From positions 77,735 to 141,734 of the forward strand of contig CAVPXI010000021.1 of the NCBI GenBank assembly GCA_963709585.1: a stretch of 64,000 nt of DNA, read 5' to 3'. This document shows positions 19,086 through 29,236 of the stretch, in pieces. Positions within the stretch are counted from its first letter, which is position 1. Each line of letters starts with the position of its first letter. A program made the translations under genes and the position numbers. A model generated the notes under the pieces. The model worked only from the letters and a program-made list of their open reading frames with translations, did not search any database and was not told the origin of the DNA. This DNA comes from Candidatus Dormiibacterota bacterium (GTDB lineage: Bacteria > Chloroflexota > Dormibacteria > Aeolococcales > Aeolococcaceae).

Positions 19086-21965
19086 TCACTCGTCGCGCGC
19101 AGCGGCGCGGCCCTCGTCGCAGACGGTCCGGAAATCGCAGCGCTGACACTGCCAGCGCGAGGGCTTCGGTGGAAACGATCCGGTGCTCGAGGCCAGCGCC
19201 AGCTCGCGCGCCGTCGCAGACAGGTGCCCGTGCGCCTTGCGCAGGAAACCCTTGTCTGCGACCACGCGGGTGACGGCTCCCTGCAGGTAGTGGAACTCCA
19301 CCGCGACCGCGTCGGTCTGCTCGCGCTGCGCGAGTCCCACGGCATACGCACGCAGCTGCAGGTCCGAGCGCAGTGCCGCTTCCTCCTTGGGACGACCCGT
19401 CTTGTAGTCCACGACGGTCGGAATGCCGTCCAGGCGTCTGTCGACGCGGTCGAATCGACCTGCGGCATCGGCGTGGTCGAGGCTGATCGTCACCGGCTCC
19501 TCGACCTGGTCGATGGTGGTGTCGATCCACCCGGGTGACTCCAGATAGCGGCGCAATTGCTCCTCGCCGTGTGCGCGCAACTCTGCGTGACGTCCCTTGG
19601 GGCCGCGCGACTGGTCCCAGGCCGCGTGCCAAAGGGATGCCACCACATCGTCACTGACCGCCTCGCCCGCGATGCGCCGGGTTGCCGCCGAGCGCAGCAC
19701 CTCGTGAATCATTGTGCCGTACCAGCTCCGCGCGTCGGGGCGCACCGGGAGATGCCAGCGTCGCAGGTAGTTGTAGCGGCGCGGGCAACTCCTGAACACA
19801 CCCAGATCGGACACGGCGATGGACAGGCGCTGGAGCACCGGAGCGCCCGCGGGACGCGGCGCCCGCACGGCAACTGTGCTGTCGGCCGGAAGCTCCTTGG
19901 ACAGCACCGAGCCGCCGCGCAGCGACATCGCCATTGTGAGGAACGGTGTGCATGACTCCTCGCTCGAGGGCTGCGGGTACGAGCGCGCCCACGTGTACAC
20001 GAGCCGGTCTCGGGCGCGCGTTGACGCCACGTAGAACAACCGCCGTTCCTCGTCGACCGCCACGTCTCCCGGAGGTGGCGGTTCCGGAACCAGGTCGTCG
20101 GGGAGCTGCAGGTCCGACGACGACCTGGTGCGTCCCTGCCAGCGCCGCTCGGTGCATCGCGAGAGAAACACGACGGGCCACTCGAGTCCCTTGGAGCCGT
20201 GAGCGGTGAGCAGGACGACACCGTCCTCGATCGCCTCGATGCTCGGCAGCTCGCCGCCGTCGCGGCTGTCCCGGAGCACGCCGAGGTAGCGCAGCGCGGT
20301 GCTGACGCGCCGATCATCGCTCCAGTCGGCGAAGGTCTCCAGCAGCTCACCGAGCTTGTTGAGATTCGCACCCATCTGCAGGCGGGCGACGCCGGACTGC
20401 TCGTCGATGATGCCGAGAAATCCGCTCGCCTCGAGCGCGAGCTGAAACAGGTCGCGAACGTCTTCACGCTGCGACGCCGCGTGAAGCTCGTGAATGTCCT
20501 GCACGCACTGCTGCGCGGCCGCCAGGTCCACCGCATCGAGATCCTCGACGGCACCATCGGCGACGAGCACGACCAGCGGGACGTCGTGCTGATGGGCCGC
20601 GCGCACGAGCGCGACCCGGCCGGCGGTGGTGACGCCCCAGCCGGGGAGCGTGAGGCAGCGCAACACGGCCTGAGAATCGTCGGGATCCTCGATGGCGGCG
20701 AGCAGCGCCAGCGCGTCCTTGACCTCGCGTTCCTGGAAGAAACCGCGACCACCGGCCACCTGGTAGGGCACGCCGCACTGACGCAGCGCGCGCATCGCTG
20801 GTTGCATGTCGACGTGCTGGCGGAAGAGCCATGCAATGTCGGCGGGCCGCATTCCCGACGCGATGAGACGGGCGCATTCACGGGCCACGGCCATGGCCTC
20901 GCTGCGCTCCTCAGGGGCGCGCCACACCTCCACCGCGGCCCCAGGTCCGCGATCGGCGATCAACCGCTTCTCGATGCGGGTCGCCGGGCTGGCGACGCTG
21001 ATCAGCGCGCGCGACGCCGCAACGATCTGGTCGGTGCTCCGGTAGTTGTGCGTGAGCACGAGCTGGCGATGCTCCGGATACTCGCGACCGAATCGGTCGA
21101 GGTTGGCACGGCTCGCGCCCCGGAACTTGTAGATGGACTGGTCGTCGTCAGCGACGACGAAGAGGTTGCGATGACCGGCGACGAGGGTTTCGACGAGCTT
21201 GGCCTGCGCGTAATTGGTGTCCTGGTACTCGTCGACCATCACGTGGCTGATGCGGTTCGCGACGGCGCTGCGCACCGCCGGGTGCTCGCGGATCAAGCGC
21301 TCCGCGTAGAGGATGCAGTCGTCGAAGTCGAACACCCCCGCACGCCGGTAGCGTTCGTCGAGGCGCGCGTAGAGACGCGCCACGTCCTGGTGGCGTTCGA
21401 GGACGATCCGCTCGGCCGGGTCGTCGCAACCCTCGAGCCGTGCCGCCGCCCACATCGCGTAAGCGTCCGGCGTGACCAGCTCCTGTTTCGCGGTGCCGAT
21501 GACCTCGAGGAGGGGATCCATGAGGTCGTGGGGCCGCAACGGGTTCCACAGCAGCGGTGGGCGCAGCTCATCGAGGACCGCCTCCACGTGGAGCCAGCGC
21601 TCGGCGGCATCGGCGATGCGGAGGACGGGGGAGATGCCGAGCAGCCAACCCCACTCACGCACGACTCGGAGACCGAACGAGTGGTAGTTGGTGAGCGGGG
21701 CGTCGTCTCCGAACGACCCGTGCGCCCGTTCCACCCGCGCGCGCATCTCGTCCGCGGCCTTGCGCGTGTAGGTGAGCACGAGCTGCCTGCCCGCCCCGAC
21801 ACCGAGCGCCGAGAGGCGGTGGAACCGTTCGACGATGATCCGTGTCTTGCCGCTGCCCGGTCCGGCGATCACCAGGCACGGGCCGTCACCATGCTCGACC
21901 GCGACGCGCTGCTCGTCGTCGAGCGCTGCGGTGGGTGGGGCGTCGGGGAGTGCAATGCCGGTCAT
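19086..21965 (-). CDS. UvrD/PcrA-type helicase fused to C-terminal PD-(D/E)XK nuclease (AdnA/AdnB-like)
   Basis: AGPGSGKT, VDEYQD, DDDQSIYKFRGA, HGSKGLEW, EERRLFYVA; CPRRY...GRFDRVD...VDYKTG...CQRCDFRTVC. Confidence 0.9.
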   Translation of the reverse strand: MTGIALPDAPPTAALDDEQRVAVEHGDGPCLVIAGPGSGKTRIIVERFHRLSALGVGAGRQLVLTYTRKAADEMRARVERAHGSFGDDAPLTNYHSFGLRVVREWGWLLGISPVLRIADAAERWLHVEAVLDELRPPLLWNPLRPHDLMDPLLEVIGTAKQELVTPDAYAMWAAARLEGCDDPAERIVLERHQDVARLYARLDERYRRAGVFDFDDCILYAERLIREHPAVRSAVANRISHVMVDEYQDTNYAQAKLVETLVAGHRNLFVVADDDQSIYKFRGASRANLDRFGREYPEHRQLVLTHNYRSTDQIVAASRALISVASPATRIEKRLIADRGPGAAVEVWRAPEERSEAMAVARECARLIASGMRPADIAWLFRQHVDMQPAMRALRQCGVPYQVAGGRGFFQEREVKDALALLAAIEDPDDSQAVLRCLTLPGWGVTTAGRVALVRAAHQHDVPLVVLVADGAVEDLDAVDLAAAQQCVQDIHELHAASQREDVRDLFQLALEASGFLGIIDEQSGVARLQMGANLNKLGELLETFADWSDDRRVSTALRYLGVLRDSRDGGELPSIEAIEDGVVLLTAHGSKGLEWPVVFLSRCTERRWQGRTRSSSDLQLPDDLVPEPPPPGDVAVDEERRLFYVASTRARDRLVYTWARSYPQPSSEESCTPFLTMAMSLRGGSVLSKELPADSTVAVRAPRPAGAPVLQRLSIAVSDLGVFRSCPRRYNYLRRWHLPVRPDARSWYGTMIHEVLRSAATRRIAGEAVSDDVVASLWHAAWDQSRGPKGRHAELRAHGEEQLRRYLESPGWIDTTIDQVEEPVTISLDHADAAGRFDRVDRRLDGIPTVVDYKTGRPKEEAALRSDLQLRAYAVGLAQREQTDAVAVEFHYLQGAVTRVVADKGFLRKAHGHLSATARELALASSTGSFPPKPSRWQCQRCDFRTVCDEGRAAARDE

Positions 21966-22027
21966 CGAGGTCGATTCTGGGCCGACCCGGCGACAGCGGG
22001 GTGTCGCGCGCGGTGGAGAATTCGAGC

Positions 22028-22918
22028 ATGGAGCCGGGTCCCATCACCGACGCTGCGCTCACACCGGGCCTCGCCGATGCTCTGCCCTGGCTGCGCCGTG
22101 CCCGGCGCATTCTCGTGTTCACCGGCGCGGGCATCTCGACCGAGTCCGGCATCCCCGACTTCCGGGGACCGAACGGCGTCTGGAAGACGACAGACCCGCA
22201 GCGATACTCGATCGAGAGCTACGTCGCCGATCGCTCGGTGCGCGTCGAGCGCTGGCGCGCACGGCTGGAGGGACGCTTCTCGAACGCACAGCCGAATGCG
22301 GCGCACCTGGCGGTCACAAGGCTCCAGCGGGCCGGCCTCGCCCCGGTGGTGGTGACGCAGAACATCGACGGGCTTCACCAGAAGGCGGGCACGGTCAATG
22401 TCATCGAGCTGCACGGCACATCCTCCGAGGCGGTCTGCCTCGACTGCAAGCGGCGGATGCCCATCGAGGTCGCCCTCGATCGGGTGCGCGAGGGTGACGA
22501 CGACCCGCATTGCGAACTCTGCGGCGGTCTGCTCAAGACCGCGACGATCAGCTTCGGCCAGCCGCTGGTGGCTGCCGACATGGATCGAGCCACCGAGGAG
22601 GCGCGCCGCTGCGACGTCTGTCTCACGGTCGGGTCGACGCTCTCGGTCTGGCCCGCGGCCGCCGTTCCGGTCGAGGCGGTCCGGAACGGTGCGAGGCTGG
22701 TGATCGTGAACGATGGGGCCACCGACCTGGACGGCATGGCGAGCCTGATGCTCGCGGGGCGGGCGGGCACGGTGTTGACCGAGCTGGTGGCGGCGCTGCT
22801 TGGTGGCGAGGAGTTGAAGGTAGAATTCAAAGTCCGAGCCGGTGAGGCCCGGGTTCAGCCGAAAGGAGGTGATTCCGACCGTGTCGGAAGTGAAGGTCCG
22901 CGAAGGCGAGACCTTTGA
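22028..22918 (+). CDS. cobB: NAD-dependent deacylase (sirtuin, CobB-like); 3' end may be over-extended
   Basis: [28 protein letters not shown], two CxxC. Confidence 0.9.
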   Translation: MEPGPITDAALTPGLADALPWLRRARRILVFTGAGISTESGIPDFRGPNGVWKTTDPQRYSIESYVADRSVRVERWRARLEGRFSNAQPNAAHLAVTRLQRAGLAPVVVTQNIDGLHQKAGTVNVIELHGTSSEAVCLDCKRRMPIEVALDRVREGDDDPHCELCGGLLKTATISFGQPLVAADMDRATEEARRCDVCLTVGSTLSVWPAAAVPVEAVRNGARLVIVNDGATDLDGMASLMLAGRAGTVLTELVAALLGGEELKVEFKVRAGEARVQPKGGDSDRVGSEGPRRRDL

Positions 22919-23063
22919 GAGCGCGTTACGACGGTTCAACAAGAAGATCAAGCAGAACGGCATCCTCTCCGAGGTTCGCAGACGCGAGCACTACGAGAAG
23001 CCGTCCGTGCGCCGCAAGCGAAAGCTGCTTGCAGCGCGTAAGCGTCGCGTCAAGAGCGCCTGA
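22881..23063 (+). CDS. rpsU: 30S ribosomal protein S21
   Basis: Strong SD AAAGGAGGTG; ESALRRF...[15 protein letters not shown]. Confidence 0.96.
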   Translation: MSEVKVREGETFESALRRFNKKIKQNGILSEVRRREHYEKPSVRRKRKLLAARKRRVKSA

Positions 23064-23076
23064 CGCCCCTGCCTCC

Positions 23077-23520
23077 GTGCGGGTGACCGTCATCCGCGAT
23101 CCGTGTCTCAGTACGCGGCAACGTCGCGTTGTTGCTGACGCACGCCTCGGCTCCTTGCTCCGCGCCTGCGGAGACCGGCTCGACGTACCCGTTCGAGCGA
23201 GCCTGAGCGTGCGCCTGACCGGTGATGCGGAGCTTCGCGATCTCAACACGCGCTTTCTCGGGATCGACGCCCCGACCGACGTGCTCGCGTTTCCGGCGGG
23301 CGAACCGGGTCGCATCGGTGACGTGGCCATCTCGGTGGAACGGGCGATCGGTCAGGCCCCGGATGGTGTCGCCGAGCTTCGCCTGCTCGCCGTGCACGGA
23401 TTCCTCCACTGTCTCGGACACGACCACGCCCTGCCGGAAGCCGCCGCAGCCATGACCGCCGCGACCCGGATGCTGCTGCCGGATGCAGATGTCCCCGATC
23501 TTCAAACCGCCGGACTGTGA
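23077..23520 (+). CDS. ybeY: rRNA maturation RNase YbeY
   Basis: LNTRF.G.D.PTDVL.F, HGFLHCLGHDH. Confidence 0.9.
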   Translation: MRVTVIRDPCLSTRQRRVVADARLGSLLRACGDRLDVPVRASLSVRLTGDAELRDLNTRFLGIDAPTDVLAFPAGEPGRIGDVAISVERAIGQAPDGVAELRLLAVHGFLHCLGHDHALPEAAAAMTAATRMLLPDADVPDLQTAGL

Positions 23521-24092
23521 CCCAGCTGATCATCGGCCTTGGCAACCCAGGAGGTGAATACGCGCGTACCCGGCACAATGTCGGGTGGATGTGCCTTGAC
23601 GAGCTCGAGCGCCGCGGCAAGTTCGGCCGCGAGCGGCGCGAGGGGTCGGCACGCGTGCGCGAGGGAACCATCGACGGCTATGACGTGCTCACGGCTCGCC
23701 CGCAGACCTTCATGAACCTCAGTGGCAAGGCGGCGGCGCAGCTCACCAGCAAGCGCGGCATCCCCCCGGGGGATGTGATCGTCATCCACGACGAAGCCGA
23801 TTTCCCGCTCGGGCGCGTGAAGATCAAGCTCGGCGGCAGCGCCGCCGGGCATCGCGGGGTGCAGTCGCTCATCAACTCGTGGCGCACCGATGCCTTCCCC
23901 CGAATCCGCATCGGTGTGGGCAGGGACGGCGACAGCAATGACCTGATCGAGCATGTGCTCGACCCCTTCCTTCCCGATGAGCGTCCGCTGGCCGAGGCGG
24001 CGATCGCGCGGGCCGCCGGGATGGCGGTGGCGATCATGCGCGATGGGCTCGCGGTGGCAATGAACCTCTGGAACCGTGCCGGCCCGGACTGA
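23517..24092 (+). CDS. pth: Peptidyl-tRNA hydrolase
   Basis: GLGNPG, TRHNVG, TFMNLSG, GHRG. Confidence 0.95.
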   Translation: MTQLIIGLGNPGGEYARTRHNVGWMCLDELERRGKFGRERREGSARVREGTIDGYDVLTARPQTFMNLSGKAAAQLTSKRGIPPGDVIVIHDEADFPLGRVKIKLGGSAAGHRGVQSLINSWRTDAFPRIRIGVGRDGDSNDLIEHVLDPFLPDERPLAEAAIARAAGMAVAIMRDGLAVAMNLWNRAGPD

Positions 24093-27000
24093 TCGCCGCC
24101 TCACCTCGACCGCGGTGGCGTCGGCGACCCTGCGAGAACGCCTCGACCAGCTGCCCGAGCTCGCTGAGCTCGGTGGCGCTCACGGGGGCATCGTCGCGGG
24201 GGTCCCTTCCGGTGCCGTCGGCCTCATCGCCTGGTGGCTGCGCGAGAAGACGGAGCGGACGGTCCTCGTCGTCGCCGCCGAATCGGAGCGCGTGTACGCG
24301 GACTCGCTGGTCTGGGATGGTGGCACCGGTGCGGCGATCTTTCCCGCCGGCGACACCCCGCCGTTCGACAGGGTCCCGCCGTCAGAAGAGGTGACCCGCG
24401 CGCGGCTCGCGACCCTGATGCGACTGCATGCCGGCGTTGCGCCGCTTCTCGTCGTGGCCTCACCGCGCGGCCTGCTGCGGCCGACTCTGTCGCGCGCGGT
24501 CGTCGAGGCGGGGCTGACCGAGGTGAAGCGCGGAGCCCGGCTGCCTCGCGACCAGCTTGTGGCCCGCCTCGTGGAACTCGGCTACCGGCGCGAGAGCGCC
24601 GTCTCGAGTCCCGGGGACTTCGCGGTCCGTGGCGGCATCGTCGACGTGTTCGGCGTGGATCGTGCGCGCCCCTGGCGCGCGGAGTGGTTCGGCGACGATG
24701 TCGAGGACCTGCGCGCCTTCGATCCGGCAACCCAGGAGTTGATCGCCAAGCTCGAATCGGCACAGGTCTGGCCGGCGCGCGAGCTCGACCTCAGCCGCGA
24801 GTTGGTGGGCCGAGCCCTGGAGTCGGTCGCAGGTCTCGACGCCGCCTCGCTGCGCGACGAGGTTCGTGAACAGTGGGACAGCGACTGCGAGCTGCTGGCG
24901 TCGGGCATGTACGAGGAAGGGCTCGACCTGTTCTTCCCGTACCTCGGTGGCCGGCCCGCGGCGACGCTGCTCGACCACCTCCACGACCCGATCGTCCTGC
25001 TGGACGGCGGCCGCGAGCGACTCACCGCAGCCGCTGAGCGCCACGCGGCCGAGATCGAGGACCTCCGGGTGCAGGAGGAGACGAGAGGCGAGCTCCCCCA
25101 CGGCGCCTCGTCGGGCCTGGTCGACGTGGGCGATCTCTTCACCGCACTCGATCGCTATCCGTGCTTCGAACTCGTCCGCGAAGCGCCGAGCAGCGCCGCG
25201 GTCGCAACTGACCTCGCATGGCGCGGTGTGGACAGCTACGTCGGCCGTTTCGACGCCTTCGTGCGCGAGGCGATCCACGAGCGCGAGGAACGCGGATGCG
25301 TGCTCGTGGTGTCCCGGCAGCAGCATCGCGTCGAGGAGCTCGCGGCCGAGCACGGTGCGGATACCGTCGATGCGACGGACTTTGCGGCGGCGTCGACACC
25401 GCTGCCTGCAGGCGCGATCGTGGTCGCGTCCGCCGACCTGACTCAGGGGTTCGCCGTCGCCGACGGGTCGGTGCACGTGTACACGGATGCCGAACTGTTC
25501 GGTGCCATCAAGCGGCGTCGCTCGGTGCTCGCGCGCGGGTCGCGTCGCGCCGTGTCCACGTCGGCGCGCGGTTCACGCCGTGCCGCCAGCGGAAGCGCCG
25601 CGCGCGAAGCCTTCGTGCTGCAGTTCGCGCCCGGCGACCTGGTGGTGCATCGCGACCACGGGATCTCCCGTTTCGTCGAGATGCGCGCGGTCACCGACGA
25701 CGGTGGCGCGGTGCACGAGTACATGCTCCTCGAGTACGCCGACGGCGATCGACTCTTCGTTCCCACCCAGCACCTCGATCGGGTTGACCGCTATATCGGA
25801 GGCGCGGAGTCGCATCCGAAGCTGTCCCGGCTGGGCAGCGGCGAATGGGAGCGCACGCGACGGCGGGTCAAGGAGCGCACCGAGGAGGTCGCGCGCGAAT
25901 TGCTCGGTCTCTACTCGCGACGCGAGCAGGCGCAGGGCCATGCGTACGCGCCCGACGGTGCTTGGCAGCAGGAGCTGGAAGGGTCTTTCCCGTACCAGGA
26001 AACGCCCGACCAGGTGCTCGTTCTCGAGGAGATCAAGCGTGACATGGAGGCGTCGCGGCCCATGGATCGCGTGGTGTGCGGCGACGTCGGGTTCGGCAAG
26101 ACCGAGCTGGCCGTGCGCGCCGCATTCAAGGCGGCGATCGAAGGCCGTCAGGTCGCGATGCTCGTGCCCACCACTGTCCTCTGCCAGCAGCACTTCATCA
26201 CGTTCACCGAACGCCTCGCCGCGTTCCCGGTCACTGTGCGCCAGCTGTCGAGATTCGTGAGCGATGAGGAGATTGCGCGCACCCTTGCGGGCCTGCGCAG
26301 CGGGGCGGTCGACATCGTCGTCGGTACCCACCGCCTGCTCCAGAAGGATGTCGAGTTCAAGAATCTCGAACTCGTCGTGATCGACGAGGAGCAGCGGTTC
26401 GGGGTGCTCCAGAAGGAGCGGTTCAAGGAGTTGCGCGTGGCGGTGGACGTGCTCTCGCTCTCCGCGACACCGATTCCGCGCACGCTGCACATGTCACTCG
26501 CCGGCATCCGCGACCTCTCCGTGATCCAGACACCGCCCGAGGAGCGCCAGCCGATCAAGACGTATGTGACTGCGCGCGAGAACTCATTGATCCGCGAGGT
26601 GATCACCCGCGAGCTGGCGCGCGGCGGCCAGTGCTTCTTCCTGCACAACCGGGTCGCGGGCATCGAGGCGGTTGCCGACCGGCTCCGGGGCCTCGTCCCC
26701 GAGGCGCGTATCGAGGTCGCCCACGGGCAGATGCCGGAGGGGATGCTCGCGGCGGTGATGCGCGACTTCGGTGACGGCGAGATCGATGTGCTGCTGTGCA
26801 CGACCATCATCGAATCCGGTCTCGACATTCCGAACGCGAATACGATCGTCATCGACGACGCGCACCGGTTGGGACTCGCGCAGCTCTATCAATTGCGCGG
26901 ACGTGTGGGCCGTGCGGGGCAGCGTGCCTACGCGTACATGATGTATCCGCCCGCGAGATCGTTGACGGAGAAGGCGGACAAGCGCCTCGATGTCATCGGC

Positions 27001-27642
27001 GACCTGCAGGACCTCGGCGCCGGCTTCAAGCTGGCCATGCGCGACCTCGAAATTCGCGGCGCGGGCAACCTGCTCGGCGAGGAGCAAAGTGGGGAGATCG
27101 CCGCCGTCGGATTGGAGCTCTACAACCACCTGCTTGCCGATGCGGTGACCACGCTGCAGGGCAAACCGGTGCTGGAGTCGCCGGCCCAGGTCACCGTGAC
27201 GCTCCCGGTGGCCGCGTTCCTCCCCGCGGACTACGTGTCCGACGAACGCCTTCGCCTGCGTTGCTACCAGGAGCTCGCCGCATGCGTCAGTGAGTCGGAG
27301 CTGGAGCAGCGTGCGCGCGGACTGGTCGATCGATTCGGGCCCATGCCGGCGCCGACGTCGGCGCTGATCAACTCGTTGCGCGTCCGCCTGCTCGCCGCCG
27401 CCGCGGGCGCGCTCGGCGTCGAGACCGAGCGTGGTCGCGGCGTCGTGATCCGGCTCACCCTGGATCACGGGCTCGACCTGCAGAGCGTGGCCGCGCAGTT
27501 CCGCGGGATGACGGCGACGCCGTCGCAGCTGCATCTCGGTGATGCATGGCAGACGACGCTCACACCGGTGCTGCGGGAACTGGGCCGCCTGGTGCGAGCC
27601 CGGCAGCGCGAGCCGGTTGCGGCGCAGAACGCGCATGCGTGA
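24076..27642 (+). CDS. mfd: Transcription-repair coupling factor Mfd
   Basis: RGGIVD, CGDVGFGKTE, DEEQRFG, SATPIPRT, QLRGRVGR. Confidence 0.97.
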   Translation: MPARTDRRLTSTAVASATLRERLDQLPELAELGGAHGGIVAGVPSGAVGLIAWWLREKTERTVLVVAAESERVYADSLVWDGGTGAAIFPAGDTPPFDRVPPSEEVTRARLATLMRLHAGVAPLLVVASPRGLLRPTLSRAVVEAGLTEVKRGARLPRDQLVARLVELGYRRESAVSSPGDFAVRGGIVDVFGVDRARPWRAEWFGDDVEDLRAFDPATQELIAKLESAQVWPARELDLSRELVGRALESVAGLDAASLRDEVREQWDSDCELLASGMYEEGLDLFFPYLGGRPAATLLDHLHDPIVLLDGGRERLTAAAERHAAEIEDLRVQEETRGELPHGASSGLVDVGDLFTALDRYPCFELVREAPSSAAVATDLAWRGVDSYVGRFDAFVREAIHEREERGCVLVVSRQQHRVEELAAEHGADTVDATDFAAASTPLPAGAIVVASADLTQGFAVADGSVHVYTDAELFGAIKRRRSVLARGSRRAVSTSARGSRRAASGSAAREAFVLQFAPGDLVVHRDHGISRFVEMRAVTDDGGAVHEYMLLEYADGDRLFVPTQHLDRVDRYIGGAESHPKLSRLGSGEWERTRRRVKERTEEVARELLGLYSRREQAQGHAYAPDGAWQQELEGSFPYQETPDQVLVLEEIKRDMEASRPMDRVVCGDVGFGKTELAVRAAFKAAIEGRQVAMLVPTTVLCQQHFITFTERLAAFPVTVRQLSRFVSDEEIARTLAGLRSGAVDIVVGTHRLLQKDVEFKNLELVVIDEEQRFGVLQKERFKELRVAVDVLSLSATPIPRTLHMSLAGIRDLSVIQTPPEERQPIKTYVTARENSLIREVITRELARGGQCFFLHNRVAGIEAVADRLRGLVPEARIEVAHGQMPEGMLAAVMRDFGDGEIDVLLCTTIIESGLDIPNANTIVIDDAHRLGLAQLYQLRGRVGRAGQRAYAYMMYPPARSLTEKADKRLDVIGDLQDLGAGFKLAMRDLEIRGAGNLLGEEQSGEIAAVGLELYNHLLADAVTTLQGKPVLESPAQVTVTLPVAAFLPADYVSDERLRLRCYQELAACVSESELEQRARGLVDRFGPMPAPTSALINSLRVRLLAAAAGALGVETERGRGVVIRLTLDHGLDLQSVAAQFRGMTATPSQLHLGDAWQTTLTPVLRELGRLVRARQREPVAAQNAHA

Positions 27643-28450
27643 CCAGGCCGTCGACGCGCTCCGCGCGCTGAACGAGGTCGTCGAGCGGCTGCGCGCCCCG
27701 GGCGGATGCCCGTGGGACCGCGAGCAGACGCATCGAAGCCTGCGCCCCTATCTCCTCGAGGAGACCTACGAAGTCCTCGAGGCCATCGACCGCGGCGAAA
27801 CCGGAACGTTGCGCGAGGAGCTCGGCGATCTGCTGCTCCAGGTGCTCATGCACAGCGCCATCGCGATGGAGGCGGACGGTGGCTTCGACATCGGCGACGT
27901 TGCCGACGAAGTGCGCGCCAAGATGATCCATCGCCACCCGCACGTTTTCGGCGATGTCGCGGTGGACGGGCCCGCCGGCGTTGTCGTGAACTGGGAAAAG
28001 CTCAAGACCGCCGAGAAACGCGAGCGGTTGTCGCTCCTCGACGGCGTGCCGGCGGCGCTGCCGGCGCTGGCCCAAGCGCAGGGGGTGCAGAAGCGCCCCG
28101 CGCGGATTGGGTTCGACGAGACGCCGACCGCTCCGGTGGCTCTCGACGCGGTCCGGCTGGCGCTCGATCGGGTCGAGGATGTCGCCGGCGGCCTGGCCGA
28201 GGCGGAACGCGGGGAGGATTGGGCAGCCGAAGCCGGCGATCCCGAAGCCGCGATCGGCGACCTGCTCTTCGCGGTGGTCGCCCTGGCGCGACGCCTCCGC
28301 GTCAACCCGGAAGAGGCGCTGCGCGGACGCACCCTGGGCTTCGCAACGCGATTCCGATCACTCGAGGCACGTGCCCGCGAAGACGGCGTCGACCTCCACG
28401 ACCTTGACGATGCCGAATGGCAGGCGCGCTGGGAGGCGACAGGAACCTGA
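27635..28450 (+). CDS. mazG: Nucleoside triphosphate pyrophosphohydrolase MazG
   Basis: GGCPWDREQT, EETYE, EELGDLLLQ, RHPHVF. Confidence 0.95.
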   Translation: MRDQAVDALRALNEVVERLRAPGGCPWDREQTHRSLRPYLLEETYEVLEAIDRGETGTLREELGDLLLQVLMHSAIAMEADGGFDIGDVADEVRAKMIHRHPHVFGDVAVDGPAGVVVNWEKLKTAEKRERLSLLDGVPAALPALAQAQGVQKRPARIGFDETPTAPVALDAVRLALDRVEDVAGGLAEAERGEDWAAEAGDPEAAIGDLLFAVVALARRLRVNPEEALRGRTLGFATRFRSLEARAREDGVDLHDLDDAEWQARWEATGT

Positions 28451-28607
28451 TCTATTGTCAAATCCGGCCCTGGGCCGCATCCTATCCCGGCACCCGGCGT
28501 CACATCGCCCCATTCGTCTCACTCAGCGCCGGGAAGAGGACTGAGTCATCCGTCCCACCCCGCGTCCGACGATCGACAGCCCAATCACGCTGCGCCGGAT
28601 TGCAGTC

Positions 28608-29018
28608 GTGCTCATCGCCGGGGTCTGCGGACTGGTCGCATTCGCGGTGTACGGACAGGTCGCTCAAACCCGCCAGCTCGACGCCCAGGTCAGCGCGCTC
28701 GCTGCGCAGAACACGGCGCTGACGCAGCAGATCTCGGACCGCGAGCGCGAGATCGCTGACGCCCAGACGGTCGCCTGGCTGGAGCAGGAGGCGCGGCAGC
28801 TCGGCTACATCTTCCCCGGAGAGCAGCTGTACGTCATCGTTCCCCCGGGCGCGGCGCGGGCGTCGACGGGCGGCGTGCCGGCGGCAATTCCAACCTACAA
28901 AGCACCGGCAACACCAACGCCCGTCCCGTCTACGACTCCAAAGCCGAGTGCAAGCCCGAGCCCCAGCCCAGGCCACGGGCCGACAGCCTCTCCGACCCCC
29001 ACGCCGGCGCCGCACTGA
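28608..29018 (+). CDS. Septum formation initiator (FtsB/DivIC family) with Pro/Thr/Ser-rich tail
   Basis: TM, coiled coil, EQEARQLGYIFPGE; synteny with mazG-tilS-ftsH; start may lie further upstream. Confidence 0.8.
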   Translation: MLIAGVCGLVAFAVYGQVAQTRQLDAQVSALAAQNTALTQQISDREREIADAQTVAWLEQEARQLGYIFPGEQLYVIVPPGAARASTGGVPAAIPTYKAPATPTPVPSTTPKPSASPSPSPGHGPTASPTPTPAPH

Positions 29019-29065
29019 GTGCCGTTTGCGCCGAGGAGGCAATGCCACGTGCGGTATCCTCTGAG

Positions 29066-29137
29066 AGCGGCGTGGAGCAGTGGAAGCTCGTCGGGCTCAT
29101 AACCCGAAGGTCGTCGGTTCGAATCCGACCGCCGCAA
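29066..29137 (+). tRNA. tRNA-fMet (CAT), initiator; CCA not encoded
   Basis: Cloverleaf with unpaired 1:72, anticodon stem TCGGG-CTCATAA-CCCGA, T loop TTCGAAT. Confidence 0.93.
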
Positions 29138-29160
29138 TTTCTTTCCCCAGCAGAATGCTT

Positions 29161-29236
29161 GGCGGTTTAGCTCAGGTGGTAGAGCAGCCGGTTCATACCC
29201 GGTATGTCCCTGGTTCGAATCCAGGAACCGCCACCA
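29161..29236 (+). tRNA. tRNA-Met (CAT), elongator type
   Basis: GGCGGTT/AACCGCC acceptor stem, GCCGG-TTCATAC-CCGGT anticodon arm, encoded CCA. Confidence 0.93.

Noticed and set aside
19086-22918. Sir2 plus helicase as an anti-phage defence system
   Set aside because: The sirtuin is a canonical CobB-type deacylase, divergently transcribed and embedded among housekeeping genes
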